Below are positions 1 through 10,760 of a stretch of DNA of 64,000 nt, piece by piece. Below the pieces are notes generated by a model, which was given only the letters and a program-made list of their open reading frames with translations, was not told the origin of the DNA and did no database searches. The DNA is taken from IMG/VR virus record IMGVR_UViG_3300033146_001382, positions 125,442 to 189,441 of that record. One strand, given 5' to 3'. Within the stretch, counting starts at the first letter, position 1, and each line of letters begins with the position of its first letter. The translations under genes were made by a program, and so were the position numbers. Source of the stretch: a virus.

Positions 1-23
1 TGGTTTCTCTAGGGGACCCATTA

Positions 24-1913
24 ATGTCTTCTTTTTTAATTACTAGGCGAACTACAAATAGTGGTACTAGTATTACTTGGGGGAACCCAGAGGATGCTTC
101 TTTAGTAAAAATACGTAGTTTTAATACTGCACCAGTATCATTTACTAAATTTTTTATTTCTAATACTTTGGTTGATAAACAAGTACTTATATATGAGGGT
201 GATTTAGCTACTGGTGAGTTTGATAATAATATTACTATTTATTCTACATCAGTTGAAAATAATTCTATTATATTTGATCAGCATTCTGGTACTTTTGTTA
301 TGTTGTTGGCAAATGATAAAGTGGTAAGACTTAAATATCATGTTCGTGGAGATACAAGTATATTAGCCTCTTCTAGTTCAGATAGTAATAATAAATTTAA
401 TGAGCAATGGGGACTAGATGGGGTAGGTAATGTTTGGGGGTATGTTAGTAATTCTGGGTATAAATTGAGATTTTTAACTAGTGATACATTAGTAGCTTCT
501 ACAGTATTAATTGATGAAGCCATCTCATTTGTTACTGATTTATCACCTAATATATTGTACCCTAGCTGTTGGTTTACTGACTCAAGTGTGCGGATGTTAA
601 AACAAGTAGATCCTAGTGGTGAACTATTAGTTAGCAAACCTATGAATAATCCTACTTATGTTACTTCATTGTACGATGGTGGCTGTTTAGTGGTAGATGA
701 AGGGCTTTCAACTATATTTCGTGTTAACTATAGTGGAGAAACTATTTTTGAAATACATTATCCATCAATTTATGAAATTATAGATATAGAATATAATTTA
801 TTCTATGATGACATCTCTTCGTTACATGAAAGATTTTGGGTATTAACGTCTGATGGTCATGTTTTTCAATCTACATTAGAAGGTGTAGGTATATCTGACA
901 CTAGATATACATTAGCTACTAGTATACATGCTTTTTTAGGAGGTTGTTTAGTACATTGCTCTGCTTCAAATCGTACTTATCAATTAAACTCTGATGGGAT
1001 ACAAACTAGAATTTGGGATTATTCTGGGCTTAGTACTATGGGTTTAGTTCCTTGCCCTGTTAGTTTATCCTATGATAAATACTTAGATAAATATAAATTT
1101 GATACCCTTTTACCTTTACCTTCTGACCCTTTATGGGAAAATGTTACTGAGCAGGGATGGCAAGAGGTAAAGGATGATGGGTATTTACTCCCATTTGCAC
1201 AATATCATCAATTGAAATACAAATTTAATCCTATAATTTTAGAGGTTCCAATAACCAATAGCGATTTTGAAACTGGTGATCTTACAGGGTGGCAAACGTC
1301 AGGTACTGGTTGGTACGCTTCTGGTGATAATGTTTATCAGGGTGCTTATAAGGCGAGGTTAATTCACACTTCATGGGCTACTGGTTATCTTTACCAGACA
1401 CTTTCTTTAGATACAATTAATTCTATAGATTTTGACTTATTAGATTTTGATGTACAAGGCTACATATTTAATTTAAATTTTTGGTTTTATTGGACTATTG
1501 CTACTGATTGGAGCTATTATGCTAAAATTTCCTTATATTTTTATAGTCAGGCTATGCAAGAAATAGTTGATACTTCGGTGTCTGTTAAATATGGGGCCCC
1601 AGGGGGAGATAATAGATGGTATAATAAGTTTATTCAGGCTAAATTACCTAGTGGTACAAGATATGTTAAAATAGAGGTATTTAATAGTAAATATAGGTAT
1701 GATAGTACTTATGACGCATTTGATTCATTTAGAGCACATTTAGTGCATTCCCCTGTACTATCTATTGTAGGAGTACCTGAGCCTGTTAAATTACAGGATA
1801 TCGCACCACAGACTTCGAAAAATGTATATCTTAAAACAAATTTTCCAGTAAATACTGTAGATAAGGATTATAAAACTAGATTAAAATGTTGGTGGGGCAC
1901 TAAGGAGGAATAA
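24..1913 (+). CDS. Putative virion structural (tail/baseplate-associated) protein with an inserted carbohydrate-binding-like module
   Basis: 629-aa ORF heading a run of large S/T-rich ORFs. The central part has propeller-like strands. The segment ITNSDFETGDLTGW... resembles the start of CBM4/9-like jelly-roll domains. Function inferred from context. Confidence 0.45.
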   Translation: MSSFLITRRTTNSGTSITWGNPEDASLVKIRSFNTAPVSFTKFFISNTLVDKQVLIYEGDLATGEFDNNITIYSTSVENNSIIFDQHSGTFVMLLANDKVVRLKYHVRGDTSILASSSSDSNNKFNEQWGLDGVGNVWGYVSNSGYKLRFLTSDTLVASTVLIDEAISFVTDLSPNILYPSCWFTDSSVRMLKQVDPSGELLVSKPMNNPTYVTSLYDGGCLVVDEGLSTIFRVNYSGETIFEIHYPSIYEIIDIEYNLFYDDISSLHERFWVLTSDGHVFQSTLEGVGISDTRYTLATSIHAFLGGCLVHCSASNRTYQLNSDGIQTRIWDYSGLSTMGLVPCPVSLSYDKYLDKYKFDTLLPLPSDPLWENVTEQGWQEVKDDGYLLPFAQYHQLKYKFNPIILEVPITNSDFETGDLTGWQTSGTGWYASGDNVYQGAYKARLIHTSWATGYLYQTLSLDTINSIDFDLLDFDVQGYIFNLNFWFYWTIATDWSYYAKISLYFYSQAMQEIVDTSVSVKYGAPGGDNRWYNKFIQAKLPSGTRYVKIEVFNSKYRYDSTYDAFDSFRAHLVHSPVLSIVGVPEPVKLQDIAPQTSKNVYLKTNFPVNTVDKDYKTRLKCWWGTKEE

Positions 1914-1915
1914 TA

Positions 1916-3949
1916 ATGGAAGCAACTTTTAGTAGTAATAATTCATTTAAGGTTGTAGATAATAGAACTGATGAGTTTTTACCCAATAGACGAATTAAAT
2001 TAGATTGTGGTATTGATGGTATAAGGTATTCTTTAATTATTTCTTCTGTATTTACACTAGTTTCTAATGATACTTTAGTTGTTATAGAAGAATCAGTTGT
2101 GACGCCTAATATTTTGGAAGTATGGTATAGTGTGGTAAAACCAGGTATAAAAGGTAATTTGCCAGTGCACTACCATTCATCTATAGAAGGTGATGGAGGT
2201 TTTATAGAGCCTTCACCAGTTACTTTTATAGATTTAACAGATACTCCTTCTACCTATTCTGGAACAGGAGGTATGGTACTTACATCTACAGGATCTGGTA
2301 CTGTATGGACTAATTCAGATGGTACTACCTCTTCTTTTATAGATTTAACAGATACTCCTTCTACCTATTCTGGAACAGGAGGTATGGTACTTACATCTAC
2401 AGGATCTGGAATTAGTTGGGCATCAGGCAGTGAAGGTTCATCTTGGCATTATGGAGATGGTATCCCATTAACATCACTAGGTGATATGAATGATTTCTAT
2501 ATTGATAACGCCAGTGATACTAAGAATTATTACCATAAAGTACCTGGCTCTAATATCAGTGTATTGATTATTTCAGATAAAACTCATTATGCCAATAATG
2601 TTTATGGGTCACCTGCAAACCTTATTGATGGTAATTTATCAACCTATTGCCAAAATATGTCGTATTTAGCTATTGATTTAGGGAGTACTGGTGCTACTGT
2701 TGTGACTAAAATTCAAGTAGCAGTGCATAGTGCTTTAGCTGATTTTACATTTGTTGATGCCTCTCCTACTTTTCAAGGATCTAATGATTCTACTAATGGG
2801 GGTAATGGGCTTTGGACAACATTAATTACAATAGATGCTACTTTACAAGGGGTACCAGATTCATATCCAGGTTTTGGGAATGAGATTACTATTGATAATA
2901 GTACTAGTTATAGATGGTATAGATTAAATGGATTAACTAAAACAAACAACACTGTATTAAATGAATGGAAACTTTGGGAGCGCGCAGGAGTTGAATGGAC
3001 CTTTGTAGACCAGTTCAATGAGACGCTCACTAGTGGTACTAGTAGTTCTACATTTGTAGATTTAATAGATACCCCCTCTACTTATTCTGGTACAGCAGAA
3101 TTATTTCTTAGCTCTACAGGGTCTGGGACTCAATGGTCTTCTACATTTAATATGTTGTATGGAGAGGGGACACCTTTCTATTTAAGTCCTTCAATTACTA
3201 CTAGTTACACTGATACTGATACTGGGGATGTTTATTCTACTGAGGGGGGGACTACTTCATATCATACCTCTTATGTTGGATCATCTACTAATAAAGAACA
3301 AGTATCCGCTTCATCTGTATATTCCTCTTCTTATCCCCCTGAATTAGTTTTTGATGCAGTAGATACATTATATTGGATTTCTTCTTCCTCTAATGGTCCT
3401 AATGTGAATGGGTCTTGTTGGCTTCAATGGGATTTTGAAGAGCCAAAAGCTATTTTTAATTTTAGAATGCGACGCCGACCCGACGGCGGTTCAGAAAATT
3501 TTCCCGCAATTATGCAAGCGTATTCTAGTGCTACAGGTAGTTTTTCGGGTGAAGAGGTTTTGGTTAAAGAAGTCACTAATAATGATGTAGCAATAGGGGA
3601 ATGGGCAGACTGGAATGCATTAGAAATGTCTTCTCCATTTAGGTACTTACGTATAGAAATTCATTCTATGTATTTAAGTGGTAATTCAGCTACTTGGGTA
3701 GCAGTTAGGGAAGTGGAATTTAGTGAAACTATTATTATAGGTAATAATGGATGGTCCTCAGTATATGATAATAGTAAATCTTTTTTGGACCTAGTGGATA
3801 CACCTACTACCTACTCAGGAGGTCAGTATTTAAGAACAACTTCCTCTGGTATAGAAGCAGTAGATGGTATAATTATGAAGTCACCTAATAACTCTGAATG
3901 GTTGATACAGGTTACCAACTCAGGGACCTTATATACTACATCTATGTAA
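1916..3949 (+). CDS. Putative tail fibre / receptor-binding protein with two F5/8-type-C (discoidin)-like domains separated by F(I/V/L)DLxDTPxxYSG repeats
   Basis: Four copies of FxDLxDTPSTYSG. Discoidin-like signatures NLIDGN...FQGSND...YRWYRL and VSASSVYSSSYPPELVFD...WLQWDF...FRYLRIEI. Confidence 0.55.
   Translation: MEATFSSNNSFKVVDNRTDEFLPNRRIKLDCGIDGIRYSLIISSVFTLVSNDTLVVIEESVVTPNILEVWYSVVKPGIKGNLPVHYHSSIEGDGGFIEPSPVTFIDLTDTPSTYSGTGGMVLTSTGSGTVWTNSDGTTSSFIDLTDTPSTYSGTGGMVLTSTGSGISWASGSEGSSWHYGDGIPLTSLGDMNDFYIDNASDTKNYYHKVPGSNISVLIISDKTHYANNVYGSPANLIDGNLSTYCQNMSYLAIDLGSTGATVVTKIQVAVHSALADFTFVDASPTFQGSNDSTNGGNGLWTTLITIDATLQGVPDSYPGFGNEITIDNSTSYRWYRLNGLTKTNNTVLNEWKLWERAGVEWTFVDQFNETLTSGTSSSTFVDLIDTPSTYSGTAELFLSSTGSGTQWSSTFNMLYGEGTPFYLSPSITTSYTDTDTGDVYSTEGGTTSYHTSYVGSSTNKEQVSASSVYSSSYPPELVFDAVDTLYWISSSSNGPNVNGSCWLQWDFEEPKAIFNFRMRRRPDGGSENFPAIMQAYSSATGSFSGEEVLVKEVTNNDVAIGEWADWNALEMSSPFRYLRIEIHSMYLSGNSATWVAVREVEFSETIIIGNNGWSSVYDNSKSFLDLVDTPTTYSGGQYLRTTSSGIEAVDGIIMKSPNNSEWLIQVTNSGTLYTTSM
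2223..2409. repeat. Exact 76-bp direct repeat (2223-2298 and 2334-2409; period 111 bp)
   Basis: cttttatagatttaacagatactccttc...acatctacaggatctgg read identically at both positions. Diverged copies lie at about 3053-3126 and 3782-3850. Confidence 0.95.
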
Positions 3950-4008
3950 TAAAGTATCCTCTATATTAACAGAACTATATATTTAAATTTACAACGGGAG
4001 AGTACTTT

Positions 4009-7000
4009 ATGGCCATTTTTGTTAAATCAGTTGAGTACGTGGAGATTAATGTTCTTAGTACTGAATTAACTGTTAGTAGTAGTTTAACTAAGGGGCAGGA
4101 TTATAGAAATTGTGTTCCTTTTATGACATCTCATTCTAGTAATGACTATATGGATAGTAAGTTATTTGATATGTTCTTTTCTGGTACCTATCTTAATGGT
4201 ATTATTAATTTTAGTAGAATGAACTTAAGATCAACTACTGCTACCATTAAATGTTATGTAGTTGAATTTTATTCTACGGAGGTACGAGTACAGCAAGGTA
4301 CATTTAATAATAGTACAGCAACAACAGACACTGTTACAATCTCTACTACGGTAGATAGCACTAAAACTGGTTTTACTTTTGGTTGGAAGAATTCATCAAC
4401 TTCATTATCTTGGAATTCTCTAGTTGTACGAGGTACCATTAATGACACTTCTATAATATTTTATAGAAATAACACAACCGGTAATTGTTCTGGTCATTGG
4501 TTTCTCTTTGAAGATTTAAATAATAATTTTAATGTAACGCATATCTCATCTTCTTATACTACAGCATCTCAATCTGTTACTATAGATGATGGTAGGTGTG
4601 TAGACCCTTTAAGAACTTTTATACTAAGTTCATACACTACAAATAATAGTAATGATGACTCCAATAGACAATCTATGAGAGTCATGTTATACACTAATGG
4701 GTCTCTTCGTGCTAATAAATATAATACGTCTTATGCAACTATGTTTTGGAGTGCGCAAGTAATAGAATTTTTAGATCAGGAGAAAGTATATGTACCTTTT
4801 GACCACTTTCTTTGGAACTCTATTACTACGCCTATAGTAAGGAGTGTGGGTAATGACACAAATAGAGTACCATTTTCATGTAATATGGCTTATAGTATGG
4901 CCTGCTCCGCTATGGTGCAAGGAATTAGTAGAGTAGATGGCAGTACTCCAGCAGATGTAGATGAGTGCTTTATGTCAGTAGAGTTAACTGATGCTAATAC
5001 TATTACACATACTAAATCGGCAGCGTCATATACTGTTTATCCTTCTATGTCTTTTGCTGTTGATTGGCGAGGTATTTCTGTAGATATAGGCACTAATAGT
5101 TCCACGATACCTGAAGGTGTAGGCTCCGGCGAGTCCTTTGTAAAATCTGTTGAAAATTTTAGGTTTGATTTATATGATTTTTTTGGTGCAAAAGTACTAA
5201 GTAAAGGGCAGAACTGGCAAAATTGTGTTGTATTTGCATCTACTAGAGGAACAGGTACGGATACTCCTGTGAGTAATACTGCAAATGTCTATTTAGTGTC
5301 CCCAGGGATAGTGTGCTTTCGATCATGGACTGCCAGTAATAGAGTTATAGATGTTAGTGTAGTAGAATTTTGGCCTAATCAGGTTAAGGTACAACATCAA
5401 ACCAGACACACTCAACGTATTAACACAACTACTACTACTATTGAACCAGTATCTGATCTTAATAAATGTTTTTTAACTTCTAAGATTGGACTTGCCACTA
5501 CATCTACCATTGGGAATAAAATAACCGCACGTACTAGGCTTACAGCTGTAGATACAGTGGAGTTTTACTTAAACAGTGGTGGTGCAGCTACGGATATTTC
5601 TTTCTTTGTCGTGGAAGATTTACAAGATAATTTTGATACAAGGCATTTTTTAGGATCATTCTCTACTCAAACTTATTCTAACTATGATGACTCTTTTAAT
5701 TGGGATACGGAAAATACATTTATTTTAAGTTCGTATGCAAATAGTGGAGGTAATGATGACTGCGATAGAAATTATATAAGATCTTATTATGTTAATGAGC
5801 ACCGTCCATTTTACACTGATAAACAAAATACAACGTACCCTATTGTTTATATAGCATCTACAATAGTTAAATTTAAGAAAAAAGGGAAACATGTAAAGCA
5901 CATTAACACGAGTTTTTCTGCAGCAGTACATACAGGTGAATACTCTGCTACTACTTCGGGACATGAAAATGCATTAACTTGTTTTAATAATGTGCAGTCT
6001 AGCTGTATACGATGTAATACTAATAGTGCTAACGGTATCTCTGATTCATTTGCTACTATTAGAATAACTGATTATGTCGCTAGAAGGTGGGAGACATCTA
6101 AAGCTGCTCATTCTTATTCTTCATGGGGTTCGTTTACATTAATAGATTGGATTGGCGCTGATTATCAGACTGATAATAATATACCAGCGGCTACCTCAAC
6201 ACGTTCTGTTATTAAATCAGTTCAAACAGATTTTTATGATGGTACTAGTAGTTACTTATCAATACCATTAACTAAAGGACAAGATATTAAACAGTGTGTA
6301 CCTTTTCTTTCTAATTCATGTTCATCTAGTAATTTTGATGTTAATAGATTTTATAAGGCTATTTACAGGTACGACTCCCCAGATCATTTTAGTGTAAGAT
6401 ATGGGGCAAGTGCTTCTTCTAATAGAAAAGTTACTACTTATTTTGTTGAGTTTGGTGATAATATAAGAGTACAGTACGGAAGTGGATACAGTACAGATCA
6501 CACAAAGACTTTTATTATAGACGAAGTCTTATTAGATAGAGCTTTCCTAGTTTTTTATGCTTATGGTGATTCTGGTGAGAATTTTATAAGAACTCATGCG
6601 GTGTGTGGGCTCATCCGCAGTTCTACTACGTTAGAATTTATTAGAGCTTATGATGGTGGATCTATGTTTATAAGTTGGTATGTGGTGGAATGTCCAGATG
6701 ATGATAGTTATTGGAAAGTCCAACATGCTTATGAAACTGCCAAGGGCGGAGCTGCCTCAGTTAATGTAACTATACCTGGTAAGGTTGACCCAGCTAGGAC
6801 TTTGTTTTTAGCTTCTTGGGCAACAACAGCCGCTAATGATTATCCTAGTAGAAATACCTATAGGATGTATTTTAATTTAAATAATAAGGTTTATTTTAAT
6901 AAATATGATTCAACATATTATAATATGAATAATGTTAATGTAGAAGCAGTTGAGTTTTCAAAGGGGTTGTATTCTAAGGGATTTAAAGCCCATTCAGATG

Positions 7001-7572
7001 ACGTTTCATTGACTACTACTGATACAGTTGAAAAAAGTCTTAGAGGAAATAGTTTTGATTTTTCTAGATCTATGGTTATTAGTGGAAATCAACAAAATGA
7101 GGGTAAGGTGGACGTCAATGCCGAACAAGGCTTTGATGAGGGCTACCATCATTATTCTTTTAAAAATCCTACCACAATAACAGCGTTAAAATCAGGTGGT
7201 ACATCTTATACTACTTCCAGTTATTTTTTTGCATATCAGTGGCCTGAATATAATAAATATTATATGGAAGGTACTGTTGTAGAGTCTAGGGAACAGTCGT
7301 ATTTACCAGTAGATAGAGAAGTATGCGCGTATAGAGCTCTTACTGGTGAATTAGTAGACAGAACTACTTCGTCCGGAGGGTATTTTTTTGTAGAATCACC
7401 TTATGCTGACGAGCATTACATAGTATGTAGAGATGATATAGCTGGCACTGATTATAATGATTTGATTTATAGTAGGATACAACCTGCTGTAATTTCTGGG
7501 ACTTTCGCGTATAATGAGGGTTTAGTAACTTTATCAGGTATGGATATTGGTATACCTCTTGGGAGATTATAG
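4009..7572 (+). CDS. Large S/T-rich virion fibre/adhesin-like protein with three internal repeats and a C-terminal domain shared with two downstream proteins
   Basis: Repeat heads FVKSVE..LTKGQDYRNCVPF, FVKSVE..LSKGQNWQNCVVF and VIKSVQ..LTKGQDIKQCVPF. C-terminal YYMEGTV...YNDLIYSRIQP motif. Confidence 0.45.
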   Translation: MAIFVKSVEYVEINVLSTELTVSSSLTKGQDYRNCVPFMTSHSSNDYMDSKLFDMFFSGTYLNGIINFSRMNLRSTTATIKCYVVEFYSTEVRVQQGTFNNSTATTDTVTISTTVDSTKTGFTFGWKNSSTSLSWNSLVVRGTINDTSIIFYRNNTTGNCSGHWFLFEDLNNNFNVTHISSSYTTASQSVTIDDGRCVDPLRTFILSSYTTNNSNDDSNRQSMRVMLYTNGSLRANKYNTSYATMFWSAQVIEFLDQEKVYVPFDHFLWNSITTPIVRSVGNDTNRVPFSCNMAYSMACSAMVQGISRVDGSTPADVDECFMSVELTDANTITHTKSAASYTVYPSMSFAVDWRGISVDIGTNSSTIPEGVGSGESFVKSVENFRFDLYDFFGAKVLSKGQNWQNCVVFASTRGTGTDTPVSNTANVYLVSPGIVCFRSWTASNRVIDVSVVEFWPNQVKVQHQTRHTQRINTTTTTIEPVSDLNKCFLTSKIGLATTSTIGNKITARTRLTAVDTVEFYLNSGGAATDISFFVVEDLQDNFDTRHFLGSFSTQTYSNYDDSFNWDTENTFILSSYANSGGNDDCDRNYIRSYYVNEHRPFYTDKQNTTYPIVYIASTIVKFKKKGKHVKHINTSFSAAVHTGEYSATTSGHENALTCFNNVQSSCIRCNTNSANGISDSFATIRITDYVARRWETSKAAHSYSSWGSFTLIDWIGADYQTDNNIPAATSTRSVIKSVQTDFYDGTSSYLSIPLTKGQDIKQCVPFLSNSCSSSNFDVNRFYKAIYRYDSPDHFSVRYGASASSNRKVTTYFVEFGDNIRVQYGSGYSTDHTKTFIIDEVLLDRAFLVFYAYGDSGENFIRTHAVCGLIRSSTTLEFIRAYDGGSMFISWYVVECPDDDSYWKVQHAYETAKGGAASVNVTIPGKVDPARTLFLASWATTAANDYPSRNTYRMYFNLNNKVYFNKYDSTYYNMNNVNVEAVEFSKGLYSKGFKAHSDDVSLTTTDTVEKSLRGNSFDFSRSMVISGNQQNEGKVDVNAEQGFDEGYHHYSFKNPTTITALKSGGTSYTTSSYFFAYQWPEYNKYYMEGTVVESREQSYLPVDREVCAYRALTGELVDRTTSSGGYFFVESPYADEHYIVCRDDIAGTDYNDLIYSRIQPAVISGTFAYNEGLVTLSGMDIGIPLGRL

Positions 7573-7575
7573 TAT

Positions 7576-8553
7576 ATGGCTGATTTATACTCTTGGGTAG
7601 ATTCCTCTGGATATTCCTGGTCTGATGAGCCTTATATCCAATGGGCTATTTTAACTGGTACTACACTTAATCAAGTTTGGCAGGATGCTGACTATGCATA
7701 TTTAGCTACGTCTAAGGGGTTAGACATTATATCTATGGAGCTAGTAGAGAAGGTAGCTTACATTCCATGGCATACAGGGTTTTCTACTGTATGGGCCTCT
7801 GATGATATTGTCTATTTAGGAACTAATACTGGTGTTAAGTATTTAAGTAAGTCTTCTATTTTAGAAGATGGTTCTGATCCTATAAATCTAATACCATTTT
7901 TAAATACTTATACTTACTTCAATCCTACGTCGGAAAATATAAATTATATTCATGGGTACTCAAATAAACTTTCAATTGTAACTACTTCAGGTATGGATTT
8001 AGTAGATAACACTTCTAATGGATTTAAAAGTTCTACTTTAAATTCTAATATCCATAAATGTTTTTCTACAGCTGCTAGATCGGTATATTACACTGTAAAT
8101 GGCTCAGGTACTAATGGTATATTTAAAATTAATTCTTATCTATTTGATTGGGTAACTCCAGATGTAAGTTATATAACTGGAGATTCATTTTTACCTCCAG
8201 TAACCATCACTGATTTATTTGTAACTTTAGGTACTGCGAGTAGTGGGGTAGGAGATACTTTATTTGTGGCCACCTCTTCAGGAGTATATGTATTTGATGA
8301 AGATTCAGGACAAGCTACTCATTATACTAACACTTTAGCTGGAACATCTGTAGGTATAGTGGGTATTTGGGCTGATGTAACTTCAAGTAGTAATTCAGGT
8401 AAAATGTATATAGTTTCTAGTGGAGTTGGGGCTGCATTTTCTATTTATGACCTGACTTCTGATAGCTTATTAGATAAGTACACGCTTACTGAGAAAGGTA
8501 GCTCAGGACAAGTTCTACTATCTGAAGATATAATTGATATAGGGGGTAATTAA
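7576..8553 (+). CDS. Hypothetical virion protein, beta-propeller-like
   Basis: 325-aa ORF with recurring L(Y/F)(L/V)(A/G)TxxG blade-like motifs (YLATSKG, YLGTNTG, LFVATSSG), tightly packed in the structural cluster. Confidence 0.4.
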   Translation: MADLYSWVDSSGYSWSDEPYIQWAILTGTTLNQVWQDADYAYLATSKGLDIISMELVEKVAYIPWHTGFSTVWASDDIVYLGTNTGVKYLSKSSILEDGSDPINLIPFLNTYTYFNPTSENINYIHGYSNKLSIVTTSGMDLVDNTSNGFKSSTLNSNIHKCFSTAARSVYYTVNGSGTNGIFKINSYLFDWVTPDVSYITGDSFLPPVTITDLFVTLGTASSGVGDTLFVATSSGVYVFDEDSGQATHYTNTLAGTSVGIVGIWADVTSSSNSGKMYIVSSGVGAAFSIYDLTSDSLLDKYTLTEKGSSGQVLLSEDIIDIGGN

Positions 8554-10760
8554 TGCCTCCCTTTATTCCATCAAATTTTAAAGACATCCACTTTAAGTTT
8601 GATACTGGCGGATATGTACCACCAAATTTTAATAGTATTAATTTTAAATTTGCTCCTAATTTGGCATGGGCATCACTCAAAAATGTAATTACTGGTATTC
8701 CTCATAGTGTACAGCCTAATGATTATCTAAAAGGATGCGATACTAATATAGTTGGATACTCAGATGGTAACGCTCAAGTTTTTAAGGGTAATTGTGTATA
8801 TGGAGGTATTAGAGATTTACAGTTAACTATTCGTACTACTAATTTTAGAAATTTATCTGCGTATATAAAGACAACTCAAGTAGTTTATTCTGATTTAAGT
8901 AATAATGTTAGAGTGTGGGATAGACAAGAAATAGATGATATTTCTTTAGTAATAAAAGGTAGAGTAGAACAGTCTACTGATTTGTTTGTTTATTTAAAGC
9001 AGGGTTTAAAAGCACAAAAAGATTTAATAGAACATCTAAAGGTGTTTAAGTCACAACAAATGTATTTAAATGAGATTATAAAGGGTAGGGATACAAGTGT
9101 ACCTAAAGATCTTTTTAATACTATAAGAGTGTATAGATTTGGGGATAGTGATATATCAGAATATGTTAAAGTTACCTCTAAAACTTCGGTAGATTTAGGG
9201 ACAGTAGTGTATAAGATTTGGCAGCATAATAATAGAAATATTAATTTAATGTTGCATAGTTGGCAAGTAGCTGATTTATACTATAGTATTCATTCTTGGC
9301 ATATTGAAAATTTAAATATAGCCATACGAGCTATTTATTTTAATAATATAGGTGCTTTTTTGTATGCTATACAACCAGTAGATATAAAGGGTGACATTAT
9401 AGGATGGGATATTAGAGATTTATTTATATCTATATCAGAAGGTAGATATGGAGGCGATCTACCTATAAATATTTATGGTATTAATTCTACTAATTTACAT
9501 ATAGGTATAATAGGTAAGATCGGTATAAATGTTATTAAAGATCTGAGATGTTTTACTACTAATTTAGTTGAGGAGGATCTTCCTGCTTATCTAAATACTA
9601 TTGAATATTATGATTTAAAAGCTTATTTATTATCTTCTAGACTTACGTCAGATTTAGGGGTTGAAATATTTCCAAAAATTGTATTTGTTAGACATAATAT
9701 AAATATATCTTTTTTAGAACATAGAGATTTAGCAGCAGCCATAAATTACACCTGTGTAAGTTCTACTTTTAGGGAGTTGCGTTGTAATTTACTAGTAAAA
9801 TATAAACTAGATCTTCCTTGTTATGTTTTTGGTAGTGATGGTAGTAATGTTATAGATTTAAAGGTTCTTATTAATTCGTATGACTATATCTCACAAAATA
9901 TGTTAGAGGTATTATACGTTAATTTAAATCCAAATACAAAGTTAAATGTTAATTACACTAAGTCTGCTATATATCACATAGATACTATAGATATTTACAG
10001 TAGTACTATAAATAAAGGATATTCTAATTTTAGTTATAATATTATCGGCGATATGTTATACGAAAATTTATTAGTAAAAATACATCCATATTCTAATAGG
10101 CATTACGGCACTCGTGTGAAGCAGAAGTTTGTTACATTGAAGTTGAAGGATAACATAGAGGACTTTAGAAAATATGTAGAAATTACATTTAATTCTTACG
10201 CTAGTAAATATTATTATTTTTCTGGTAATCAAAAAGCTTATAAAGCTTTTCATAATGACCATTGGGTAGTAAAGGTGGAAGGGCATAAAATTTTACCTGT
10301 AGGGAGAGGGTATGAAAAAACACAAGTAAGTAGAAAGTATATTTTTAATTTAAGGCACTATGATTCTATAGATGCTGCTATAACTGATATGATAGATAGA
10401 GTTACACAGTTAAAATATCTAGATTTAGGGGTAGGTATAACACCTATAGCTGGCCCACATAAGGATTTAAATGCTTGTGTAATGCCTACTGATTTAAATG
10501 GTATAGTTTCACGTGTTAGGTACTATACTAATAGAGTATTATTAGGGTCTATTTTAGTAACTAGACCACAAAAAGAAGATTTAATTTCTTCTATTACATC
10601 CATGTATCCTAAGGGAGAAAGTAACTTAGAAATAAATATTACAGCCAAAGAGTATGTAGGATCGAATACTGGTGCCGTTAATTTTAATTTTGAAGGCTCA
10701 GGCGATATCTTACCAGAACCAGATCAAATTGATTTTACATTTATATTGGAGGATGACTAA
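8553..10760 (+). CDS. Hypothetical virion protein with degenerate DLxxxI repeats
   Basis: 735-aa ORF overlapping both neighbours by TAATG. Many short D-L/I-x-x-x-I/L repeats. Related N- and C-terminal motifs (NFNSINFKF / GAVNFNF, QIDFTF). Confidence 0.35.
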   Translation: MPPFIPSNFKDIHFKFDTGGYVPPNFNSINFKFAPNLAWASLKNVITGIPHSVQPNDYLKGCDTNIVGYSDGNAQVFKGNCVYGGIRDLQLTIRTTNFRNLSAYIKTTQVVYSDLSNNVRVWDRQEIDDISLVIKGRVEQSTDLFVYLKQGLKAQKDLIEHLKVFKSQQMYLNEIIKGRDTSVPKDLFNTIRVYRFGDSDISEYVKVTSKTSVDLGTVVYKIWQHNNRNINLMLHSWQVADLYYSIHSWHIENLNIAIRAIYFNNIGAFLYAIQPVDIKGDIIGWDIRDLFISISEGRYGGDLPINIYGINSTNLHIGIIGKIGINVIKDLRCFTTNLVEEDLPAYLNTIEYYDLKAYLLSSRLTSDLGVEIFPKIVFVRHNINISFLEHRDLAAAINYTCVSSTFRELRCNLLVKYKLDLPCYVFGSDGSNVIDLKVLINSYDYISQNMLEVLYVNLNPNTKLNVNYTKSAIYHIDTIDIYSSTINKGYSNFSYNIIGDMLYENLLVKIHPYSNRHYGTRVKQKFVTLKLKDNIEDFRKYVEITFNSYASKYYYFSGNQKAYKAFHNDHWVVKVEGHKILPVGRGYEKTQVSRKYIFNLRHYDSIDAAITDMIDRVTQLKYLDLGVGITPIAGPHKDLNACVMPTDLNGIVSRVRYYTNRVLLGSILVTRPQKEDLISSITSMYPKGESNLEINITAKEYVGSNTGAVNFNFEGSGDILPEPDQIDFTFILEDD

